From NCBI GenBank assembly GCA_026401075.1, contig JAPLNQ010000237.1, positions 28,790-92,789 on the forward strand: 64,000 nucleotides of DNA, in the 5' to 3' direction. Positions 55,935 to 64,000 of this stretch are shown piece after piece. How positions within the stretch are numbered: the first letter of the stretch is position 1; each line of letters opens with the position of its first letter. A model generated the notes under the pieces. The model saw only the letters and a program-made list of their open reading frames with translations, searched no databases and was not told the origin of the DNA. Origin of the DNA: Planctomycetia bacterium. GTDB lineage: Bacteria; Planctomycetota; Planctomycetia; Pirellulales; UBA1268. The position numbers and the translations under genes are program-made.

Positions 55935-56750
55935 TCACGCCCAGGGGCTCTTCCAGTCGCCCCACGCCCCCAGGTATCGCTTCAACCCCGGGAACTGGTC
56001 GGTGTGCGCCTCGATCCACTCGCGGGCCGACTCGATGAGAGCGTGTTCCCGCTTCAGGTCGATGTCTCCCGCCACCACCCGCGACCGCAGGAAGATGAAG
56101 TAGGTGTCGAGCACATCGCCGCGGCAGTAGTCGTGGATCTCCGCCGCCCGCCCCGCGTCCCAGAGGTCCTGCACCATGTGGCCGGCGACGTCCATCTTGC
56201 CCGGCTTGCCGATCAGGTTGGCCGCCAGCGAGAGCCCGCCGTTGAACCGGGAGGCGCCGCTGTTGGTGAGCCACTCGTGCAGATCGAGATGGGCAGACAT
56301 GTTGTAGCGGTAGCGGGGCTGATCGAAGCTCCGGGCGTCCTCGGCAAACCAGTCGGCGATCTGAAGGCCGTAACGGAAGGCACAGAGTTCGAGCAGCGGC
56401 AGGTCAAAGCCCCGGCCGTTAAAGGTCACGAGCGTGGGCCGGTTGTATTTCTGCCAGCCCTCCCAGAATGTCCGCACGATCTCGTGCGGCCGGGCCTCTT
56501 TCTCGTCGAGGGCCACGAGATCGAGCAGGTGGAAGTCTCGCGCCACCTTCGCGATCACCAGCGACACCGGTAGTTGGTAGGTGTAGGGGATGAAGTCTTT
56601 GCCGTTCTCCTTGAGCAGTTCCTCGCGGTATTTCGCGATGGCCGCGGCGGGACTGAGAGTCTCCCCCGGATACTTCATCCGCGACACAAGCGCGCCGTCG
56701 GCCACGCTCTCGATGTCGAACACGAAATAAGCGGTGTCGAGCTTGGCCAT
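55935..56750 (-). CDS. predicted 3'-5' exonuclease (PolB-exonuclease-like, RNase H fold)
   Basis: ORF 55935..56873(-), start at ATG 56750 after GGAGG. Exo I-like FVFDIES, later FNGRGFDLPLL and YCRGDVLDTY motifs. Confidence 0.6.
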   Translation of the reverse strand: MAKLDTAYFVFDIESVADGALVSRMKYPGETLSPAAAIAKYREELLKENGKDFIPYTYQLPVSLVIAKVARDFHLLDLVALDEKEARPHEIVRTFWEGWQKYNRPTLVTFNGRGFDLPLLELCAFRYGLQIADWFAEDARSFDQPRYRYNMSAHLDLHEWLTNSGASRFNGGLSLAANLIGKPGKMDVAGHMVQDLWDAGRAAEIHDYCRGDVLDTYFIFLRSRVVAGDIDLKREHALIESAREWIEAHTDQFPGLKRYLGAWGDWKSPWA

Positions 56751-56775
56751 GGGCAAGCCTCCGGAGACGTCTGGC

Positions 56776-57972
56776 CTATCGCCGTGCCAGCGGGTGCTTG
56801 AGCGGGAGCCACGCGCCGTCGGCCTTGCTCGACGCCACCGACTGCTCGATGAAATACATTCCCTCCACGCCATCGCAGATGTTGGGATAGATGGTGTTCA
56901 CCCGCTCGAACGGCTGGCCGGTGCCAGCCAGTTCCATCGCGTCGAAGGCGGCGCGGTAGACGTTGGCAAACGCCTCGAAAAACGCCTCCGGATGGCCCGC
57001 GGGCAGCCGGCATGAGGCCTTCGCCAGGGGGAGCGTGTAGGGGGCGTTGGGATCGCGGGTGTAGATCGCGTGGGGATGGCCGTTCCTGCGGACAAAGAGC
57101 TGGTTGGGATTCTCCTGGTGCCATTCGAGGCTCGCCTTCGTGCCGTCGATCTGGATCCGCACGTCGTTCTCGCGGCCGTGGCTGATCTGCGAGGCGGTCA
57201 CGGTGCCCAGCGCACCGTTCTCGTAGCGGATGACGGCATGGCCGTAGTCGTCGAGCGGCCGCGGCGGCTCGAAGATCTTGAGATGCGCGCTGATCTTTTC
57301 AGGGAGCAGGCCGGTCATCGACCGCCCGAGGTTGTAGGCATGGGTGCCGATGTCGCCGAAGCAGCCGGCAGCACCGCTCTTGGTCGGATCGGTCCGCCAG
57401 GCGGCCTGCTTCTGGCCCTCGCTCTCGAGCCGCGAACGCAGCCAGCCCTGGATGTATTCCGCGCGGATCGCCTGGATCTCACCCAATTCGCCGGAGAGCA
57501 CCATCTCGCGGGCCTGTCGCACGAGCGGGTAGCCGGTGTAGTTGTGGGTGACGGCGAAGACGACGTTCGACTGCTTGACGATGGCTGCCAGGTCCTCCGC
57601 TTCTTTGAGCGTGAGCGTGAGCGGCTTGTCGCAGACACAATGGAAGCCGGCCTCGACGGCGGCCTTGGCGACCGGAAAGTGCATGTGGTTGGGCGTGGCG
57701 ATCGAGACGAAGTCGATCCGCGTGCCAGCAGGGAGGGACTTTTCCCTGTCGAACATCTCCTGGTAGGAGCCGTAGGCGCGGGAGAGGTCGATGTCGTAAT
57801 CGGCGGCGCTGGCCTTGGCTCGCTCGGGGTCGCTCGAGAGCGCGCCTGCCACGAGTGCAGCCCGGTTGTCGAGCACGGCCGCCGTGACGTGGACCCGCCC
57901 AATGAATGAGCCCTGGCCGCCCCCCACGATGCCCATCCGGAGTTTCCTGCCCAACGCGCCGTTCGTAGCCAT
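56776..57972 (-). CDS. Gfo/Idh/MocA-family oxidoreductase
   Basis: Rossmann N-terminus LRMGIVGGGQGSFIGRVH, ATPNHMH, EKPL-like CDKPLT. 398 aa. Confidence 0.85.
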   Translation of the reverse strand: MATNGALGRKLRMGIVGGGQGSFIGRVHVTAAVLDNRAALVAGALSSDPERAKASAADYDIDLSRAYGSYQEMFDREKSLPAGTRIDFVSIATPNHMHFPVAKAAVEAGFHCVCDKPLTLTLKEAEDLAAIVKQSNVVFAVTHNYTGYPLVRQAREMVLSGELGEIQAIRAEYIQGWLRSRLESEGQKQAAWRTDPTKSGAAGCFGDIGTHAYNLGRSMTGLLPEKISAHLKIFEPPRPLDDYGHAVIRYENGALGTVTASQISHGRENDVRIQIDGTKASLEWHQENPNQLFVRRNGHPHAIYTRDPNAPYTLPLAKASCRLPAGHPEAFFEAFANVYRAAFDAMELAGTGQPFERVNTIYPNICDGVEGMYFIEQSVASSKADGAWLPLKHPLARR

Positions 57973-58088
57973 AGTCCAATCCCCTTTCTTTTCAGTCGTC
58001 TCTTCTAAACGTGAGTCTGAGCGTGGGAAAAACCACCCTGGGCGTGAAAACCACCGCTCCCGTGCTCGCGAAATCTATCACACCGCCG

Positions 58089-58122
58089 AAAAAATAAAAA
58101 AAAGCCGTTCGGGAACGGCTGC
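58089..58122 (-). terminator. minus-strand intrinsic terminator with no obvious upstream gene
   Basis: The minus strand reads agccgttcccgaacggct followed by tttttttatttttt. It lies in the divergent oxidoreductase/rhomboid intergenic region. Confidence 0.5.
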
Positions 58123-58180
58123 TACGATTCATGTGGCCCTACGAAGCCCTTCCACACATCTCTCGCCCAGGCGCGCCACC

Positions 58181-59086
58181 ATGGGATTCCAAGATCGCGG
58201 CTACTCCCGCGACTCACGCCAGCCATTCATGGTGGACTGGACGGCCGTGATGACGATCATGGTCGTCAACATCGCCATTTGGGTGGCCAACCTCGTGGCT
58301 GCTGGGCAGGTGTCGGTCAGTGAGTTTCTGTCGCTGCAGGGCGACCTGCCACGGCACCTGCTGAAAATCTGGGAACTGGTCACCTACGGCTTCGTTCACG
58401 CCCCGCTCGATCCGTGGCACCTCATCGGCAACATGCTGATGCTCTGGTTTTTCGGCCGTGAGGTCGAGGAGATCATGGGCCGGGGCGAGTTCTTCCGCTT
58501 CTACTTCACCGCCATCGTCATCGCCGGGCTCGCCTGGCTGGCGAGCGTGCAGCTCTTTCCCGACCGGGGCGGGTCGGTGGCGAACTATCACCTGATGGGT
58601 GCCAGCGGCGCGATCATGGCGGTGTTTGCGGTGTTCGTTTGGTACTACCCCCGGCAGACCGTGCTCCTCTGGTTCGTGCTCCCGGTGCCGGTGTGGGCGC
58701 TCGGCCTGCTCTATCTCGTGATGGACGTGCAGGGAGCGGCCAACGGCGGTGGTCAGGTGGCCCACGTGGCCCACATCGCCGGTGCAATCTTCGGACTCTG
58801 CTACGCGTGGCGGGGCTGGAATCTCTCGGGGCTTGGCGACATGCAGGAGAGGCTGCAGACACAATTGCGGGGCCTGCGTCGCGGGATGCGTGTGGTGCGT
58901 CCACCGGAAGACGACGATGACAACGATCCTCCGCCGCGGTCCCGCGATCGCGACGACGTGGCAATGCAGGAGACGGTCGATCGCATCCTCGAAAAGATCA
59001 GCCGATCCGGCGAGGCAAGCCTCACGCCCGCCGAGCGCGACACGCTCACCCAGGCCAGCCGCCGACTGAAAGAACGCATGCGTTAG
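58181..59086 (+). CDS. rhomboid-family intramembrane serine protease
   Basis: ORF 57815..59086(+), start at in-frame ATG 58181. HLIGNMLMLWFFG, catalytic GASGAIMAVF, HIAGAIFG. Acidic/basic cytoplasmic tail. Confidence 0.85.
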   Translation: MGFQDRGYSRDSRQPFMVDWTAVMTIMVVNIAIWVANLVAAGQVSVSEFLSLQGDLPRHLLKIWELVTYGFVHAPLDPWHLIGNMLMLWFFGREVEEIMGRGEFFRFYFTAIVIAGLAWLASVQLFPDRGGSVANYHLMGASGAIMAVFAVFVWYYPRQTVLLWFVLPVPVWALGLLYLVMDVQGAANGGGQVAHVAHIAGAIFGLCYAWRGWNLSGLGDMQERLQTQLRGLRRGMRVVRPPEDDDDNDPPPRSRDRDDVAMQETVDRILEKISRSGEASLTPAERDTLTQASRRLKERMR

Positions 59087-59175
59087 GTAAATGGGGACGG
59101 GAGCGATTTTCCGAAGCGTTCTTACGGGCCATGTCCCTTGTGCCACTCGGAAAATCGCTCCCGTCCCCATTTACC
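59086..59175. terminator. 29-bp perfect-stem hairpin between convergent genes, family 3
   Basis: ggtaaatggggacgggagcgattttccga (59086-59114) and tcggaaaatcgctcccgtccccatttacc (59147-59175). The arms touch both stop codons. Confidence 0.6.
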
Positions 59176-59815
59176 GGCGGATGGTTGCCGGCTGGGCGGC
59201 CGTGCGAAGGTCGGACGGCGGCTGCATCCGAAGCCGGTTGATCGCTGCTGCCAGTTCCTTGAATTCAAGCTCGTCGAGGTGGCCGCTTTGCACGGAGTGG
59301 GTCCTGCCGTTGGTATCAATGGCCACCACGTTGGGCCCGCCCGGCACCATGCCGAATGTGTGCTCCATGACGCCCTCGAAGTCGAGCCACACCGGCACGT
59401 GCGGCGAGTCGGTCCGCATCCGCGACCGCGCCACGGTCTCAAGCGGCTTGGGCACCTCCGGCATGCAGGCCACCGGGATCACGTGCACGTCGGGGACGCG
59501 GACATTCGCCGGCCAGCCAGGCAGACCCGCCACCGGCTGACGCGACCATTCGCTCGCCGGCGCGGTCTCGGCCGTCGGATGAAACAGCACGTGCAGCCGG
59601 CGGCCGAGGTCGAGCGCTGCCTCGGCCCCCTTCCGCTCCGCATAGACGAGCACCACCACGTCGCCGCGAAACACGCCCGTCTCCCGCCGGTTGCGAAACT
59701 GGTCCTCCATCGCGATGTTGACGAAGCGATCGCCAGTCTGGGCCCGTGCCACCGACGCCGTCGGCATGAGCAGGGCCAGCAACAGCAGGGAGAGGACGAA
59801 GCGGGGGCTAGTCAT
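59171..59815 (-). CDS. secreted hypothetical protein
   Basis: Signal peptide MTSPRFVLSLLLLALLMPTASVARA. 214 aa. I recognise no motif. Confidence 0.6.
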   Translation of the reverse strand: MTSPRFVLSLLLLALLMPTASVARAQTGDRFVNIAMEDQFRNRRETGVFRGDVVVLVYAERKGAEAALDLGRRLHVLFHPTAETAPASEWSRQPVAGLPGWPANVRVPDVHVIPVACMPEVPKPLETVARSRMRTDSPHVPVWLDFEGVMEHTFGMVPGGPNVVAIDTNGRTHSVQSGHLDELEFKELAAAINRLRMQPPSDLRTAAQPATIRR

Positions 59816-59847
59816 CAGGGCACTCTTGTGGGGAGGAAGGAACGGGG

Positions 59848-62717
59848 TCAGGCGGCCCGACGAATGTGGGCTTTTCCGAAGGGCACCGTCACGGCATCGG
59901 CCGCCGCGTCGTCGCTGGGATGAGCGTCGGCATCGGCGTCGATCGCTTGAGCGTCATCGGCCTCGTCATCGGCGGCCCGGCCGGACCGCACTAGGGCGAG
60001 CACGGCCGGCAGGAAGATCAGCGACGTGAGCGTGCAGGTCGTCACGCCGATCGTGAGCACGCGGCCCAGGCTCTCCAGCCCCTTGTGGCTGGCCACCATC
60101 AGGGCACCGAACCCGAGGATCGTCGTGAGCGCGTCGACGAGCACCGAGTTGGCGGTCGAGGCGCTGATCCGATACGGCCCCGGCCGCTCCAGGCTGTCGT
60201 GCACGATGTGCACGCCGTAGTCGACGGCGATGCCAAGAATGAGCGGGATGCCGATCAGGTTCGCGGGATTCAGATCGATGCCGACCAGCCCCATGAGGCC
60301 GAGTGTCTGGGCCATGCCCAGCGCCAAAGGCAGCGCAGCGAGCAGGCTGTTGGTGATGCTGCGGAAGTCGAGCCAGAGCACGGCCAGGATCACCACGAGC
60401 GAATAGATCGCCGCCTGCTCGTAGCTCCGCTTCATCTCCAGCGACGCCTCGTAGGCCTGCAGGGGGTTGCCGGTGGCCCGGGGATCGACGCTGCGGACCT
60501 CCTTCACGAACCGCTCGAGCGAGGCGAAGTTCCAGATGTCGCCACGGCCGTAGATCTTGAGCAGATGGCGGCCGTTCTGGCCGACGAACCGGTCCACGAG
60601 ACTCGGGGGCAGGTCGTCGAGCTTGGGCGGATTGGGATCCGCGACGGCAGAGAGCGCGTGCAGTCGCGTGAGCAGATCGCCGGCCGACTGCTGCTGAAAG
60701 GCGGCCAGCGACTGGAAGCATTCGTTGGGCGCCAGACGACGCAGCGTCTCCCGGGCACGCTCCAGGTGCCACGCCGTCCGCAGGCCGCCGGGACGCTTGG
60801 CCGCCTCGCCCTGCGCCCAGGCGAGCGTCTCTCCGAGGCCGTCGAGCTGATCGATGGGAATCTCGGGAGGACGCTCGGGCAACCCCGCCAAACGGCCGCG
60901 GATGCGTTCGATGAGCGGCCGCTTCAGTTCCTCGTCCACAGGCAACAGCGATGCGATCTCATCGACGCGTTCGACGGTCGCGAGCTTCGTGAGCTGCTCC
61001 TTGCGGGCCAGCAGTTCCTCCCGCGAGTCGGCGATCGAAAGGGCATACCACACGCTCTGGTCGCATTCGGCGAGGAGCTTCTTTTCGACAGCCACGCTCT
61101 CGAGACCCTCGGCCTGCAGGTTGAGCAGGTTGTGGTCGTAGTCGAGTTCGTGGAAGCCGGAGGCGACGGCCATGGTCGCCGCCATCGCCGCCAGCGCCAC
61201 GAACCGTGGATGCCGAGTGAGCGGAGCCAGCCATTCGTGCACCGGCACCGGCGTGGGGATCCGGTCACCCCGCGGGCCGCGGTCGACCAACGCCACCACC
61301 GCCGGCAGCACGAGCAATTCGGCCGCGCAGCAGAGCAGGATGCCACCACCGGCGATCATGCCGAGTTCCGCCACCCCCACGAAGCTCGTCAGCGCCGCGC
61401 AGAAGAAGGCTACCGCCGTCGTGATCGCGCCGGTGAGGATGCCGGGGCCGACGCGGGCGCTCGCATCGAGCAGAGCGTCTTCGCAGGAGAGCCCGCGCCG
61501 CCGCATTTCGAGATACCGGCCGATGTAGTAGGTGCCGTAGTCGATGCCGACGCCGATCATGGTGACGGTGAACGTCACACTGAGGATGTTGAGATGGCCC
61601 ACACTCGCGGTGGCCCAGGCGAAGGCCCAGGCCATGCCGATGACGAGCACGCCGTTGGCCATGAGGGCGTGCCGTACGCCGCCGAAGCCGGCGATGATCA
61701 CCACGATCACGGCCGCGAGCGACAGGCCGCTGGCCCACATCATCGACTGCTGGCTGGTCCGCATCTCGTCGTCTTCCATCACCGGCAGCCCGGTGAGGCC
61801 GATCGTGACGTCAGCATGGCGGGCGGCAACGAGCTTGATGAGCCGGCGGAGTTCATCGGTGGCGGCCGACGCGCCGGCAAAACCTTCCTTCTCCTTCGCC
61901 AGTCGCAAGAGCACGAATCCGAGTTGTCCGTCCTTGGCAAGGAGATGCTGGCTCGAGAGATCTCGGAGCGTGGAGGCCACGGCGAGACGTAGCCACACGT
62001 GCCGGCATCGGCCGCGCGGCGGCCGGCCTCGAGGCCGGCGAGCAGGCTTTCGCTGTAGCGTTCCAGGGAAGCCAGCGGCGGCTCCTGCATGCCGGCTGCG
62101 GTCTGGCTTCGATCAACAGTCTGCGGCGTGCCGGCGACCATCTGCCCGGCAAGTCCGCCGACCATCGACGCCACCTTCAGGTGCGTCCAGCCGCCCGCGA
62201 GGATCGGCTCGGTCCGTTCGATGAACTGGTCGATCGCCGCAAGATCCGCGGGCGAAAGATAGTGCAGCCCCTTGGCACGGACCTTCGACAGGTCGACCTC
62301 GTGGAGCACCGAGCGGAAGCGTTCGCCGTCCTGCGCGACTTCCCGCGACAGCTCCTCGAGCACCCTCACCACGCGGTCGCGGGTCGGCCCCTCCACGACG
62401 ACCACCGCGTCGTCGTCCTCGCCGAACTCGTGGATGTAGTCGATCCAGAGCTTGTTGTAGTCGCTCTTGGGGTCGAGTAGATCGACACGGCTCACCTTGT
62501 AACCGAGCGACTGCGCCGTATAGGCCCCGGCCACCACTGCCGAGATCACGGCACCGAGCACGACGGCCATGGGCGCCCGCAGGCACAGCCTTGTCCCCGC
62601 GATCAAGGCCCGGCCGAGGAGGCGCGTGGGCAGGTGCACATCGGTCGGGCCTGGGTCTGTCAGCGCCGTGGCTTCAGTCGGATCCGGGGCATCAGTTGGA
62701 TCATGGCGTCGCAGCAT
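59848..62717 (-). pseudogene. MMPL/RND-superfamily transporter (HpnN-like), single frameshift near 61970-61980
   Basis: N-terminus in ORF 61779..62717(-), remainder in ORF 59848..61998(-). Two 6-TM bundles with GVGIDYGTYYIGRY and LGIAVDYGVHIVHD. The join reads ..GYVSPWPP / TLRDLSSQHLLAKDG, compatible with a 1-nt indel. Confidence 0.75.
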
Positions 62718-62922
62718 CAGCTCGTATTCCTTCCCGGCAGGGGGCAGGAAACGTAGCGAACCTGCGGCAGCGGGCCAACAGGTTCTTTTTGACAGTTGGC
62801 GAGCCCCGGCAAAGTGGGTAAACCCTCGGGATTTTTAGGCGGAATGATTGGTTCGGAAGGTCCGCGCAGGCCGAAATTCCTTCCATGCGGCGACCGTGGC
62901 CGCGTCACAGGGGGGAAACAGC

Positions 62923-63873
62923 ATGACGATTGCGCGTTCGTGGGTGGTATTGGCTGGAGTCGTGGTGGCGATGGCAGCCGCGATGCCGCGGCTGCCCGTC
63001 ATGGCCGACGTGGCGAACGGTTCGACGGCGCGGGGCGACACAGGCTCTTCGAGCCGCGAGTCACGCCGCCGGGCGCTCGAGGCGTTGCCCTTGAGCCGCA
63101 TGCCGGAGCCACAGCGGAAGGCGGTCGAGCCCTGCCTGCGATCCGCGACGCTCTATCGCCGCCTGCCGGTCGAAACGGTGGCCTGCGATGGCGAACTACT
63201 CGATTTCGCGCTCGCCAAGCCGGAAGCCATCGTGGACATCTGGCGGGTGCTCGGCATCAGCCGTCTGACGCTCGATCCGGTAGGGCCGAGGCAATGGAAG
63301 CTCAGTGATGGCTACGGCACCACCGGTGTGCTGCGGCTGGTGCACCAGGAGCGGCAGGGCCGCGGTGGCCTGCTCGTATTCCACGGCCGGGGTGTCTATA
63401 CAGGCCCACTGTCGCCCAAAAATCTCACCGGCAGCTGCGTGATGCTGGTGCGGCACGGTCCGGCCATGCCGGGGGCCGACGGCCGCGAACGGCAGATGAT
63501 CCAGATCGACACCTTTCTCGACATGGACGGCATCGGCTTGGAAATCGTCACCCGCACGCTGCAGCCGATCATCGTGCGGTCCGCCGCGGCGAACCTGCAC
63601 GAGATCTGCCTCTTCATGACCACGCTCTCCGACTCCGCACGGACCAATCCCGAGGGCGTGGCACAGCTGGCCGGTCGGCTCCAGCAGACCGACGCCGCCG
63701 ACAGGCAAACGCTCGCGACGATCGCGCGGCGGGCCGCACAGCCCGCTGCCAACGCGATGCTTCAAGGGGCCCGTCGCGAGGCGGCAGATGTGGCGGCCGC
63801 CGATCGGCTCCAGACGGAACTTGCGGCCCGCTGGCTGAGTGCCGACGAACTCGACCGCATGCAGCGGCAGTAG
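62923..63873 (+). CDS. secreted hypothetical protein
   Basis: ORF 62848..63873(+), start at in-frame ATG 62923 after GGGGGA. Signal peptide MTIARSWVVLAGVVVAMAAAMPRLPVMA. Confidence 0.6.
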   Translation: MTIARSWVVLAGVVVAMAAAMPRLPVMADVANGSTARGDTGSSSRESRRRALEALPLSRMPEPQRKAVEPCLRSATLYRRLPVETVACDGELLDFALAKPEAIVDIWRVLGISRLTLDPVGPRQWKLSDGYGTTGVLRLVHQERQGRGGLLVFHGRGVYTGPLSPKNLTGSCVMLVRHGPAMPGADGRERQMIQIDTFLDMDGIGLEIVTRTLQPIIVRSAAANLHEICLFMTTLSDSARTNPEGVAQLAGRLQQTDAADRQTLATIARRAAQPAANAMLQGARREAADVAAADRLQTELAARWLSADELDRMQRQ

Positions 63874-63880
63874 GCTGGCG

Positions 63881-64000
63881 TCATCGCGTCGCGCGATCGG
63901 GTGACGCTTCCGGCGCGGCGGCGATGCGGACGCGGGCCTCCGACGCCACCACGTAGGGTCGCTTGTATTCGGGCATGTAGCCACGCGCGCCGCGGACGGC
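63881..64000 (-). CDS. 3' end (39 codons) of an unidentified gene entering from the right edge
   Basis: Own translation: AVRGARGYMPEYKRPYVVASEARVRIAAAPEASPDRATR*, with strong third-position GC. The product is not identifiable. Confidence 0.35.
   Translation of the reverse strand, partial: AVRGARGYMPEYKRPYVVASEARVRIAAAPEASPDRATR

Noticed and set aside
1-64000. tRNA, rRNA, integrase, transposase or prophage genes
   Set aside because: I scanned both strands for tRNA T-arm/acceptor patterns, rRNA-like conserved stretches and recombinase motifs, and recognised none. A tRNAscan/Infernal run would be the decisive check.

Overview
This is a 64-kb, visibly GC-rich (about two-thirds G+C by eye) chromosomal segment. 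Its gene content points to a Planctomycetota genome: a prepilin-type DUF1559 protein, a PSCyt/PSD-type plus DUF1552 pair, WD40 and PQQ-like propellers, and many secreted hypotheticals. I can support about 52 protein-coding loci. They include housekeeping genes (nagA/nagB, argH, lipA, lnt, metG, epmA, hisF, thiS, nadA), regulators (a sigma54 activator and a NarL-type two-component pair), a PilT-centred four-gene block, a mazEF plus nucleotidyltransferase islet, and several large orphan proteins. I recognised no rRNA, tRNA, CRISPR array, transposase or integrase. Five conserved genes cannot be read in one frame: a DinG-like helicase, thiG, a PSD-family protein, nadA and an MMPL transporter. Three of them also appear to lack conserved internal blocks. 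Three families of intergenic repeats or hairpins are present. The most interesting observations are: (i) PilT translationally coupled to a membrane-anchored GspE-like protein in which every ATPase motif is degenerate; (ii) an 18-bp palindrome present twice that links the NarL-type regulator to the DUF1559/PSD/DUF1552 operon; (iii) a 1392-aa orphan protein packed against lipA and a LipB-like protein that lacks the catalytic Cys/Lys; (iv) a sigma54 activator with no sensory domain that overlaps an 856-aa HEAT/pseudo-receiver protein; (v) a deletion junction carrying a 29-nt filler identical to a stretch of the neighbouring gene. All product calls come from reading motifs by eye. No database search was run.
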